Source: an uncultured Clostridia bacterium (GTDB lineage: Bacteria; Bacillota; Clostridia; Christensenellales; UBA1242). From it: a stretch of DNA of 64,000 nucleotides. Positions 40,401-48,765 of the stretch are shown piece by piece. Every line of letters begins with the position of its first letter. Position 1 is the first letter of the stretch. The stretch is taken from NCBI GenBank assembly GCA_948442695.1, contig CAOJSF010000002.1, forward strand, positions 132,254-196,253, given 5' to 3'. The notes under the pieces were generated by a model. That model was not told the DNA's origin. It saw nothing but the letters and a program-made list of their open reading frames with translations, and ran no database searches. Made by a program: the position numbers and the translations under genes.

Positions 40401-43400
40401 TTCCATAACTTGCAAAGCCTCTAGAATCAGATATAAAATTATATTTATCAATTGCAATTTCAGCCTGATAATCTGGAATCACATAAAGCATTGCAGAATT
40501 ATTGCCACGAAGTGTAATTGTAGATTGATTAATAGGGTCAGATGATGTTGGCGTTGGATAAATCACCGAAATTTTATTATTATCATCTTCAAGTGCTTGA
40601 GAATTGAAATAATTCACCACATAGATATAGAAATTCAAAGACTCGTTTGAATTTAAAATGCTTGACGCTGTCACCAAAGCAAGACCAGTGCCCTTGATTG
40701 TGACTTTCCCCATTTGGTCAAAAGTCAAGATGTCAGGACTCTTTGAAATGAATGTCATCTCACCTTTTGCGACAATAGGATAAAATTCACTTAAAGATGT
40801 GTGCCTATTTAAATCTAAATCAATATCATTTTGCAGTTCTGCAATATCGCCGTCAATCACTGAGGCAATGTTGAAATAATAGGTATAGAAAACTTGAGAT
40901 TTTCCATTTTCGCTCAACAAAGCATTATTAAAATTTTCACCTATTGATAGGTCATCCGCACTGCCTTTAGCAAATTGTTTTTGATATAAAAGAATGTTTT
41001 GCTGAAGTTGATTTTGCCCAACTACTATAAATTCTCCATAATAATTTGCTCTATTTGAATCGGATACTATAAAATTATTTTCAGTTTCAGTCTTTTCCAA
41101 ATAATGTCTATTTAAATATGATAAAACATTATTTTCAGTAAGAGATGATACATTTGCTCCATTTTTAGTTCCAAAACCGAGAGCGTTGTATGATAAGCCA
41201 TTTTCAGTTTCATATTTTTTCTTATCTTCATCAGAAAATTTGCCATCATATAAAACTGCCATTGCACTTTCTTCTAATATCTTACCATCATCAACCGCTT
41301 GAATTGCATATGTTTTATTTTCATCATAGTGTTCTTCATTAGAACTAAAATCAGCGTTTAAATATGAAATTAATGAAATTTGAGAGTTGTCGCCAAAAGG
41401 TTTATAAGCACGGACAAATGTCCTTGTGGTAATTCCTGTGAAATCATGTAAATTATCATTTTCATTTATTCCAGCAACACCACCAGTAAAGCCATGTCCC
41501 CAAACTTCACCACCAACAATCAATCCTTTGCCTGCTTTAAATTCATTTTTGCTATTATTAGTATAAAAGCCAAATTTGCCATCTTCATCTTTATAGCCAC
41601 CCAAAACTTTTGCTTCTGCAGTATTTTTCCCAACAAGACCACCTACGAAGATTTGATAATCTGTTCGAGAATCTGGTTTTTCTATGAAAGATGTCTTTAT
41701 TTTTGAGTAGACCATATAGTTTGCATAACCATTAAATTGAGTTGTGCCGTCTATTTTTTGTATTGTTCCATTATTAACACCGGCTATACCACCAAAATTT
41801 TTCTCAAAAACAAATGTTGAATTTTCATGTATAGTATATTTAATATCAACAACATCGTTCATCATAACAACTTTAGGGGTTGCATTTTTCTCTAATGCCG
41901 TAAAATCTTGAACTATTGTCCCTTTGTTTTCTCCGACAAGTCCTCCAAATAATACATTGACATCACTTGTTATCATGATTTTTGAAGCAAATATAGAAGC
42001 ACCGACATTTGTAAGCGTTCCTTCATTTATACCTGCGACCAAACCGATATAAGATGCTTTATCACTAATTATTTGAAAACTTCCACTGAACTGAACATTT
42101 TTTATGTATGCACCAGAAGAAATTTTGGTAAAGAGACCAAAATAATATTGTCCATCAACATCAATATGACTTCCTATGCCACTAATTTCGGCATATTCAC
42201 CTTCACCGATTATCGAACCAGTAAGTTCTCCCAACGATTTTGTTATACTTGATGCGTCAATGGCAGTTTTTATTTTGAAGTGTGCTGAAAGATTATCTTT
42301 AAGCATTGCTAAATCATCAGAACTTTCAATGGTATATCTGCTGTTTTCTGTCCCCTTAGCAAAAGAGAAGTCAATGGATACATATTCGTTATATCCAGGT
42401 CTTAAATCACCATTTGAATCAAGCCAGTCTTTAGCGACAATCTTGATTTTTCCAGTAATTACTTCACTATCATAATTTTCTTCTTTTTCAACAACTTTTT
42501 TCAAAAAGTCTTCATCAACCTTAAAAGTGATATGTGTTTTGCCATCACTTTCAATAAAGGTTATTGAATTTTTATTGAGGACTTTAAAAATCTGACCGCC
42601 TCTTGTAATCTGACCGCCTTCAACAAGAACTGCAAGTTCACTGCTTGTTGCAGTCGAATTTGTTGGATATGCAATTACACTTCTCTCTTGTTTAAATGCT
42701 GAAAATTCAAGTTCTTTCAAAGTCTCAAGAAGTGTTACTCTTTGCACCTCTTCATACTTATGAATTTTTATATTAATAGTCTCTGAATAAAGTTTGTTGT
42801 ATTGCATCACATGAGCGATAAGTTTTACCTCTCCACTGCCCATAGCAGTAAAGATCATTCTTTCAGCATCAAATGTGCCGACATTTCCGATTGTGTAAAT
42901 ATTGTTTTGATATGGTGAATAGAAAATTCTATCCACATTCTTTCCATCTTTAAAAATTGCTGTATCACTTTCAAAATACACAAATTGTTGCATAAATCTT
43001 TCTGCAACAAAAGTCCTTGTTGCCTCACTGTGACTTTGGCTTTGGAAAAGAAATGCATTTGGATTTTTTAATACAACTTCAAACTTAGCCTGTTTGATAT
43101 CATTGTTGTTTGTGCCAGCATAAACATTTACATAACTTGCCCTTGTTCTTGCCTCATAATTTGGATTGAAAGCATCAGACAATTTGTAAACAAACAAATC
43201 TTGCGCAAGTTCATAAGTGACAAGGTCTACAATATATTCAATATATATTTCATCCTTAACAAAGTTGTCAATTTTATATCCTCGAACCTTAAATGTGAGT
43301 TGGTTTTGCCCACTTAAAGTTGAGTAAATAAAATATCTTCCATCTTCTTGCAATCTCGTCAAAACTGAAGAAGAGTCATTTATAATATCAATATCTATTA

Positions 43401-45546
43401 TCGCAGTTGAATTTACATCGCCATTTGCAATAAGTTTTGCATCAAAATAAACTTGAGAATTGCGATATAAAAGATAGATAAGTGAATTATTTTCGGTATC
43501 ATTTTTGAGTTTAACGGAATTGTCTTCATTTAAAGTTTCTAAAGTTAATGATTTAAGTCCCTCTCTCACTTCAACAGTAAGCAGTGTGCTTATGCCATTA
43601 TCTAAAGTGATTAAATAAGTCCCAGAGCCAACATCACGAGGAAGAAGATTTAAATTTAAGAAATACTTTTCACCCTCTCTTCTGAAAATGTTTGACTCAT
43701 CATAAGCAAATCTTACAACATCCTTTCCAGATTCAAGAGAGAAAGTCAAGCCATTAAATTCTGCATCAGCAAAAATGTCATCAAACAACACCTCCCCAGC
43801 ATATCGCTCGAGTGAAACAACTTCTTTAAATTTCTCGGTATTGAAATCTAAATTACGAACGCCTTTTAAAATTTCGTATTGAATATTAGTTTCAAGGCTG
43901 TCTGGTTGAATTATATTAAAATCCATTTGCACAGGCAAATTCTGAATTTCTGTTGTCAGTTCGGCATTTTCACCGCCTCTAACAAAAACAGGCTCTTTTA
44001 TATCATCAATTTCAACTACCTGTTTTGAATAAATGATATTTTTATATTTTATTTGAAGGTCTGCCCCTGTAAGGTCAAGTTTCAACACATCAAATTCTGC
44101 CCCTTCTGGCACAACTGAGAAATTGAATGCCTGCCAGCCAGAATTTTCTGAAGCATAACTATCATAGAATTTGTAAACTTTGTTCATTTGAGCAAAATCG
44201 ATATTATTTATAAGCAGTGTGACTGGAATAATACGAATGTCTACTGGAAGACTATAAGTAAAATTGACATTTTCGTCCTCACTGTTTTCAAATCCATCAT
44301 ACCAAAAATTGAAATCAACAACTGTTTTTCTTGCATTACCTATACTACAATTCACCTCAAAATAGTAAATGGTTTTATCGTCATACTTTAAAACATTTAA
44401 AAGTTTTGTGTTTACAAAGTCTTTATCTCGAGTATTAAAATCAAAGTTTAATAAGTCATTACTAGGAATTTCAAGTTGCAAATATGCAGTCAAGTAATTG
44501 GCAGTTTTGCCTATTAAGAATGGATTATCCAAAATTGTTGTTGTATATTGAGGAATAAGTGTTATGTTTCCATCTTTAAGTGAATCAATTTTATATAAAG
44601 TATTTTCATTTCCTGAAACAAAATTTACGCCCTCGATTTTATAACCATATTCATGTGAAAAATCTTGAGATGTGATATCTTTCAAAACTTGAAAATCCCT
44701 TTCACAGAAAATATTGCCATTGCCTTCACTTTCTTCAGTTTGACTGTTGAAATATTTTGCCATAAAAGTGAATTTATCACCAAAACTTACTGTAGTTGCT
44801 TTTGCAATATCAAATGAAAAACCTTCTTCATTTTTAGTCACTTCAATGAAATTGTATCTTGTATTATTTGTGCCTAAGACCAAAGTCTCCTCACCCAAAG
44901 TATACAAAAGCCCATCTTTATCTTTAAAGATGAGATAATCATTATTTTCAATTGTTTGCATTTGCACACTTACAAAATTGTTGATATAACCATTGTTTGA
45001 ATTTATATCTTCTTCAGTCAGCGTGCCAAAAGATGTTGTCTTTCCATAGAAATAGAAATCAAGTTCACGTTCTGTTGCACTATCATTAAATTTAAAATCG
45101 GCAGAAGAAGGTGAAAGAATCTTTGATTTTGAAACAAAAAGTCCATTCTCCCCTCTTTCCAAAATACTTGAATATTCCTTGACATTAATAGTCAATGAAA
45201 AAGTTTTTCTTCCTTCTATTGTGGCAAAATCCACAATAGTTCTTCCACCTGCAAGTCCTTTTATGGAATATGTAGTTGTGTTGTTTTGGTTTGCTATTTG
45301 TTCTACTTTTACAGCCAAAGGATTTGACTGGGAAAAAGTGATTCCCCTATTCATTTTATCAACAGGATTTTTAATCGAAATTGAAAGTTCTTCTTCATCT
45401 CCAACAAAGAGTTCTATATAGTCTCCGAGCGATGAAGAAAGATAAGTCTTTGAATAATCCAACTTGCCACAGGACACAAAAATAATGCTTGCTAAGACAA
45501 GTAGTAAACTGAATATAAAAATACTAAGTTTTCTTGATTTTATCAT
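34438..45546 (-). CDS. Giant (3702 aa) surface lipoprotein with Ig-like domain and two GLUG-motif beta-helix repeat blocks
   Basis: Signal peptide plus lipobox (LLLVLASIIFVS-C). Big_2-like segment near the N-terminus (GDEEELSISIKN...YSIKGLAGGRTIVDFAT). Many repeats of GG(L/I)(V/A)G.N.G.I type (VGGLVGENKGTI, FGGIAGVNNGTI, VGGLCGYNSGYI, AGGLIGFVGKGKV, VGGIAGKFCGGKI and others), clustered at about 41450-42130 and 35560-37930. Confidence 0.85.
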   Translation of the reverse strand: MIKSRKLSIFIFSLLLVLASIIFVSCGKLDYSKTYLSSSLGDYIELFVGDEEELSISIKNPVDKMNRGITFSQSNPLAVKVEQIANQNNTTTYSIKGLAGGRTIVDFATIEGRKTFSLTINVKEYSSILERGENGLFVSKSKILSPSSADFKFNDSATERELDFYFYGKTTSFGTLTEEDINSNNGYINNFVSVQMQTIENNDYLIFKDKDGLLYTLGEETLVLGTNNTRYNFIEVTKNEEGFSFDIAKATTVSFGDKFTFMAKYFNSQTEESEGNGNIFCERDFQVLKDITSQDFSHEYGYKIEGVNFVSGNENTLYKIDSLKDGNITLIPQYTTTILDNPFLIGKTANYLTAYLQLEIPSNDLLNFDFNTRDKDFVNTKLLNVLKYDDKTIYYFEVNCSIGNARKTVVDFNFWYDGFENSEDENVNFTYSLPVDIRIIPVTLLINNIDFAQMNKVYKFYDSYASENSGWQAFNFSVVPEGAEFDVLKLDLTGADLQIKYKNIIYSKQVVEIDDIKEPVFVRGGENAELTTEIQNLPVQMDFNIIQPDSLETNIQYEILKGVRNLDFNTEKFKEVVSLERYAGEVLFDDIFADAEFNGLTFSLESGKDVVRFAYDESNIFRREGEKYFLNLNLLPRDVGSGTYLITLDNGISTLLTVEVREGLKSLTLETLNEDNSVKLKNDTENNSLIYLLYRNSQVYFDAKLIANGDVNSTAIIDIDIINDSSSVLTRLQEDGRYFIYSTLSGQNQLTFKVRGYKIDNFVKDEIYIEYIVDLVTYELAQDLFVYKLSDAFNPNYEARTRASYVNVYAGTNNNDIKQAKFEVVLKNPNAFLFQSQSHSEATRTFVAERFMQQFVYFESDTAIFKDGKNVDRIFYSPYQNNIYTIGNVGTFDAERMIFTAMGSGEVKLIAHVMQYNKLYSETINIKIHKYEEVQRVTLLETLKELEFSAFKQERSVIAYPTNSTATSSELAVLVEGGQITRGGQIFKVLNKNSITFIESDGKTHITFKVDEDFLKKVVEKEENYDSEVITGKIKIVAKDWLDSNGDLRPGYNEYVSIDFSFAKGTENSRYTIESSDDLAMLKDNLSAHFKIKTAIDASSITKSLGELTGSIIGEGEYAEISGIGSHIDVDGQYYFGLFTKISSGAYIKNVQFSGSFQIISDKASYIGLVAGINEGTLTNVGASIFASKIMITSDVNVLFGGLVGENKGTIVQDFTALEKNATPKVVMMNDVVDIKYTIHENSTFVFEKNFGGIAGVNNGTIQKIDGTTQFNGYANYMVYSKIKTSFIEKPDSRTDYQIFVGGLVGKNTAEAKVLGGYKDEDGKFGFYTNNSKNEFKAGKGLIVGGEVWGHGFTGGVAGINENDNLHDFTGITTRTFVRAYKPFGDNSQISLISYLNADFSSNEEHYDENKTYAIQAVDDGKILEESAMAVLYDGKFSDEDKKKYETENGLSYNALGFGTKNGANVSSLTENNVLSYLNRHYLEKTETENNFIVSDSNRANYYGEFIVVGQNQLQQNILLYQKQFAKGSADDLSIGENFNNALLSENGKSQVFYTYYFNIASVIDGDIAELQNDIDLDLNRHTSLSEFYPIVAKGEMTFISKSPDILTFDQMGKVTIKGTGLALVTASSILNSNESLNFYIYVVNYFNSQALEDDNNKISVIYPTPTSSDPINQSTITLRGNNSAMLYVIPDYQAEIAIDKYNFISDSRGFASYGNVSFYLAQNTDLTASVRVFDDRNTSSVLYKTKSDSENYEQNQKFYDESENPLDISVVGQIITIRRKDNSLEGDYRLQIKPILKQVIDGNIYTTSTNKTLEEAVVDYKFGAISLNNKNYNGVSIVTSGKIYDEITIISTDEKEDLPKYYMLGLNDKPLQGDIINDKINYEISNKAEFLFILKFNKISTQPTSNSSTNGTFKHIFSLEIIINTNCELYQERYIKDIYGSYLLHLESSSNSTVSRNIEINFEKTGVQSIVIDNYTNLNDNQDGLTSTSDLAYPGEAGLLVLTVKPSDSDFDYILIENDEQNLANNRAIALFSLLARNDLSTDSELNKNNPMFDDNIIAGSIVGNGFKITLNDLIAIYARKGYKNYDGVIYIKYNLSSSGVSDLSKSKINVSVWKDGNSYYSSSKELTVKLQNYVAVEVDGKEPVSTNQNGIYHTYEVARGLKYKLNINSYGFRQDSISITSDNSIGKVTFENGNYYLNISESAIDFNGNKNEIILTTKATQKDGETVRTAESKTKIVVFEYVLNYNNNFDKNSDIVKGMSNGVINVQVGTKSTLGLDIYDYIEYNPSISGVKNKIEEFISSLEKEGRWETITNLISDDQPDYKMADPTNEDRKRYLLGYNSVENRQHDNYYFTSDGLSLIPKRTHQPVEKFYYIDYCAYFDSENGVYVVKDEGAEDTARKIETTFVFSVYSSSSEESPIPIYTYSDLTNMQSGGYYILLNDITLPSTSEESGASAFTPLNGDFASFDGNGHAINFAGIYDMGALTDIGLFHTLNAGSIIKNLIVNYTTLNNGSDLNTDINDSVYGWYGLKTVKFITTAENFVFGSIVAQNMGIITNCRVYSDVLSEDKYYLAVKADNAITNNSYVGGLCGYNSGYITNSGVSINAKVPFNLAGLVAQNNGKIAGCYFEKGILINNSQYDQHIGGLAITNSKDAQIITSYVSGKQINTNLFSKDSQSEISSTLAGAGFVYNNAGTIKDCYTDINLSKTSSDMAGFVYRNGGTIRNSFSLSILRNNTTASAGFVKENSFDGGNGQFENCYYLYNLQAPSNDQDRIEQLRKEGHYVTGENNIDINVSLYDVTIEGVQRLTQGQFADIEKYFNSYSYDENVSARSVWFFSQGYQSEYFVDYIPTTEKIVLPGDEGNNQSNTVYNRELMMFGKNRLSLVAPNTRVLSLRNFDRSEIDEATDEITYFYTDDMSAPERGSLHNPRLIYDAQSMENEILNQTASNNINTTDYRMISNVNYVDFKGHSNLYKVIYAGNFEGNGMEISSIGLVYMNTRTNGGLFSQIGYSASKTGSVKNLKISPKEVIFNNTNNVGTLAGTLRHGYIYDITVDAYSNNLSAVSGLNFVGGIIGKADTAFEAKDIYSDADIWSVYTPVVDEQYIENVSQENRHSYAGGLIGFVGKGKVQNAHVKKITSVTGSKAGILFGGIGNGANVDYAFADVTKGMKIRSNFYAGYIVGENSGNLNHAYVSNNGSTEFSFVGSPKVPMAVGGIAGKFCGGKISNVLNEQSFELYNEQNQTIVENVGGLIGYVHASDGRISMLEDSVINADITGTVNVGGAVGTVNSALVIDGVAVKSDKLTVKGRQEKPKLGGVVGYVRDELYSSLEMKNSYCISNLYIDTHTMGIGSAAQAGGLIGYSTKEPVLSYCYTTSIIDARVYDIKALGTNKEFDEIEINSSNNGLFEYVHKVVNNDSYNNVYYLGAGKVKDGSGNKSFTESDNPKFTNPEEMNDEIWKLENYQVYKANNEYAKFYSRAKNNLMNFTLNNYGVSAMEYVNKLSQEVSGVSADRLRNLYGNIYQIKDDFDYKGREVSGDDGNTWNLLDSEPNPLPTNELMVGTELYYNTSKDWFTNGNIKIVRNNNETEQYVYYQKAEPDEDASEEEKKKDYRDKWSMTITENLQQIILYKGSDGESYRNVVNVEGEGDRQIVTFGYERIKDGIFIAKVDFDNMNIYLNEVWKTSFNSLSTLYIEDNFKWINMT

Positions 45547-45648
45547 TTACATATCCTTTAATTTCAATTTTTTTATTAAAAATCAATGTTTTTTTGTGAT
45601 TTTTTTGATTTTTTAATTAAATTATCATTTTTTTGATAATTTTTTATA

Positions 45649-45687
45649 GCAGTCAAAATATAGTATCTTTCAACCTATTTTGACTGC
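45649..45687 (-). other. Perfect 12-bp-stem hairpin between the VirB4-like and giant genes, no U-tract
   Basis: GCAGTCAAAATA (45649-45660) pairs with TATTTTGACTGC (45676-45687) around a 15-nt loop. It begins 6 nt after the ATPase stop codon. Confidence 0.6.
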
Positions 45688-45692
45688 AAAAA

Positions 45693-48380
45693 TTATTTTT
45701 TCTTTCTCTTTTCTATGATTGAATAAACATAAGGAAGAGGTCTGATTTGAACCATTGTTCTCGCTGTTGGAGAGGTTATAATAAATGCCTGACCAACCGA
45801 CGCACTTACAATGCTGTTTCTCTCTGCTTTATTAATACCACCAGAGTTTTTATAAAGTTCTATAAGGTCGTTTACGTCATTTGGTGAAAGTGAGAATATA
45901 AGCGAATATTGACAGGCGTTGATGACCGCAGTCGATTGACGCTTGATTTCTTCAGAGCCAACAAAGTCGTTAATATTCTGAGTAATTACAATCTGCATTC
46001 CGCCATACTTACGAATACGCTTAGCCATACTTGTCATGAAGTTCAGCGCAATAGGATATTTAGGGTTGATGAACAAGTGGGCTTCGTCAACGACAACAAT
46101 AATCTTTCGATTTGTTGCGTGCAATTCGTTGTAGTCCTTGTTGTTGATAACTTCACTTTCTATATACTTAAATACCAAAAGCATTTGTGCGTTTGTAAGC
46201 ATTTCATTACTTCCCGCAATAAGAGACTGGAAGTTGAAGCAGACAAAGTTTTCATTTGTTTCAATAGATGTTGGTCCATTCCAAATATTTGAGTTTCTTC
46301 CGCCAGTAGCAAACTTTCTGATATACGCCTGAGCAACTCTCAAGTTGTTGAGCACAAACTCTTCTTTTGCTTCACCGAGTTTTTTATTGATAATTTCATA
46401 AAGGTCATCAAAAGTAGGATAATCTGTTGGTTTAAGTTTTTTAAGATCGGTGTATTCATTAATGTTAAACTTATCATACACTTCAAGAATCAATGTGTTG
46501 ATCATTTCAAAAGCGTCTGAAGAAATACCCTGCAAAATTGTTCTGAAGAATTGTTCAAGGAATTGAAGGTGCTGATTGAACGAGTCATCTTTCTTCACTT
46601 TTGCCTTTTCAGCATTTGGATCTTCTTCGTCCATCATCATATCTTCATCGTCATCTTTATCAAGTGCTCTGATAATATTGAACGGATTGATGATACCCTG
46701 CAATGAAGAGCCGACATCAATCATTTTACCATGCAGACTTTCACAAAGTTCAGCATATTCCTTTTCAGGGTCAACGATGAATATCTTTGTATTGTCGGCA
46801 GCAAAGTTTGCTAGAAGTGTCTTTGTCGCAAATGACTTACCTGAACCAGACTTTCCGATAATCATCATATTTGAGTTTACACGCTGAGGATTTCTTGCAA
46901 AGAAATCTACGAAAACTGGATAAACATTGTCACCGATATAGAAACCACCTTCATCTTGAAGTTCTGATGAGATGAATGGGAATGTTCCAGCAAGCGTGTA
47001 AGTTGGGATTCCCCTTTGAAGTTCTTTTATATTATCACGCATAGAAATTCCTGTGCTGATAAATGCGTCTATTTGTCGAGCAAACAATTCAGTGAAACGG
47101 AATCCTTCCTGTTTAAGCATTGATTTGATTTCCTTTCTTGCTGAATCTTCACAGGTAATATAAGTGTTGACATCAAACAATTGCTGGTTTGAAGTTTTAA
47201 GTTCTTGAAGAAGATTTCTCAATGTTTCAAGGTGTGTTTCAATTTCAATTCGAGTACTGCTTTTTCCAGTTCTATATAATTTTGTTTCCATATCCATTAT
47301 GGCTTTATCAATTTTCTTTTCAGATTCAAACTTTGGTGCTTTTTGGAATTTCATAACAACTTTTGTTCTATCCAGAAGGAAGAATGAAGCACCCCAGGCA
47401 TTTCCAACCTGCAATGGATATTCGCTTAAAGCAAAAGTCCTATATCCCACGCCATCAACTTTATATTTCGCTGATGAAAATTTTATTGTATCTGGTGTTG
47501 CCCATTTTACATAATCAGAATATGGTATATTTTCAAGTTCTCGCTCATTAAATTCACGATTATAGTTTGCTTTCAAGAAAATTGCTAGGTCTGAACCTGT
47601 CAATCTCTTTGATGCAACTGGAGTAAGACAAGATGAGAGATTGTTTGCCATACCACTTAAAGTATTGTCGAGTGCATCCAAATCCTTGCCCATAACTACC
47701 AGATAGAAGAAATCTTTGTAAATCTTTTCATCTCGATTTTTGTTTTCGATGTAATTTACTCTTTCTTCAAAGATAGGCGATCTTGCATCAATTTCTTTTT
47801 GAGACATCTGCTTTTCATAAAGTTGGTCTAAAAGTCTATCATATTTTTTATTTTCAAGATATGCATAATTATCAAGCACCATTGCTTTATTTAATTTGAC
47901 AAGTTCGCATACCTGATTTTCTTCAATTCTTCTAAGTGCGTTTCCAAAACCAACATCAATGACATTGTTTTGACTATACTCATTCAAAAGCCCAAACAAA
48001 ATAGGACTTACTTCCAAAACACCTGCATAATAACTTCCATAAGAGATGAATCTATCTTCATAAATTGACTCAAAAGGAATGATGTCTTTCATGTTTGCCT
48101 TGCCATTTTTAGGTGCTTTTTCATATTTCTTCTTTTGCAGAGAATATCTTGCAAGATGGGTCATCGTCACATAAAATCTGTCACTATCTGCAATCTTAAA
48201 AAAGAGCGAAAGAGCAAATATAGCCCAAACCATCGCAATCCAAATATGACCAGGAAAGTTTGAAGCAGCAAGAACAATTAAAATTGCCACAGCAATCACC
48301 GCAATCAAAAGATCAATACCAGTAAATCCCCTGACAAATTCCAGTTTAACTTTAGTTCTTCTAGGAATAACTCTTACCAT
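45693..48380 (-). CDS. virB4: VirB4-family type IV secretion ATPase with fused N-terminal VirB3/PrgI-like two-TM module
   Basis: 895 aa with RBS GTGAGGT. Two N-terminal TM helices (GIDLLIAVIAVAILIVLAA, IWIAMVWAIFALSLFF). Walker A GKSGSGKS, VDPEKEY (the DPxxEY motif), Walker B VVVDEAHLF, and RIRKYGGMQIVITQN. Confidence 0.85.
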   Translation of the reverse strand: MVRVIPRRTKVKLEFVRGFTGIDLLIAVIAVAILIVLAASNFPGHIWIAMVWAIFALSLFFKIADSDRFYVTMTHLARYSLQKKKYEKAPKNGKANMKDIIPFESIYEDRFISYGSYYAGVLEVSPILFGLLNEYSQNNVIDVGFGNALRRIEENQVCELVKLNKAMVLDNYAYLENKKYDRLLDQLYEKQMSQKEIDARSPIFEERVNYIENKNRDEKIYKDFFYLVVMGKDLDALDNTLSGMANNLSSCLTPVASKRLTGSDLAIFLKANYNREFNERELENIPYSDYVKWATPDTIKFSSAKYKVDGVGYRTFALSEYPLQVGNAWGASFFLLDRTKVVMKFQKAPKFESEKKIDKAIMDMETKLYRTGKSSTRIEIETHLETLRNLLQELKTSNQQLFDVNTYITCEDSARKEIKSMLKQEGFRFTELFARQIDAFISTGISMRDNIKELQRGIPTYTLAGTFPFISSELQDEGGFYIGDNVYPVFVDFFARNPQRVNSNMMIIGKSGSGKSFATKTLLANFAADNTKIFIVDPEKEYAELCESLHGKMIDVGSSLQGIINPFNIIRALDKDDDEDMMMDEEDPNAEKAKVKKDDSFNQHLQFLEQFFRTILQGISSDAFEMINTLILEVYDKFNINEYTDLKKLKPTDYPTFDDLYEIINKKLGEAKEEFVLNNLRVAQAYIRKFATGGRNSNIWNGPTSIETNENFVCFNFQSLIAGSNEMLTNAQMLLVFKYIESEVINNKDYNELHATNRKIIVVVDEAHLFINPKYPIALNFMTSMAKRIRKYGGMQIVITQNINDFVGSEEIKRQSTAVINACQYSLIFSLSPNDVNDLIELYKNSGGINKAERNSIVSASVGQAFIITSPTARTMVQIRPLPYVYSIIEKRKKK

Positions 48381-48731
48381 TTTTACCTCACTTAACCAAA
48401 CACTTTAAAGAAAATCATGTCAGCAAAACGAACTTCTTAGTTTGTCAAAATTTCTTTCACATTTATTTTACTACAAATCACATCAAAAATACAAACGATT
48501 AAACAAATATTTTAATAAAAAATAAATTATTTATATATAAATATAATAAATATTATAATAACATGATATTCAACTGCGAAAAATCATTGATTTAAATATA
48601 ATCTACGCCAAAAAATCAATTTTATTTTATCTTATGACAAATATAATTTTAATAGTTTTATAAATGAAATATTACACAAAAATTCTCCTGCATTTCAAAT
48701 TTCAGTTTTTTATTTTTTTTATATTTTTATG

Positions 48732-48758
48732 CAAAAAACAACGATAAAAAATCGTTGC
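48732..48758 (-). terminator. Terminator after the PRC-barrel gene, insulating the VirB4 unit
   Basis: On the minus strand: CAACGAT-ttttt-ATCGTTG followed by T6. Confidence 0.6.
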
Positions 48759-48765
48759 TTTTATT

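Noticed and set aside
34448-48380. Antisense or alternate-frame ORFs inside the giant gene and the VirB4 gene (for example 42176-42475, 45179-45421, 45909-46292 and 46576-46887)
   Set aside because: They are embedded in long, well-supported reading frames and have no independent signals.
48381-48731. Searched for a clear promoter for the VirB4 unit
   Set aside because: A TTGACA is present on the minus strand near 48440, but no acceptable -10 hexamer lies at 16-19 nt. I could not call a promoter confidently.
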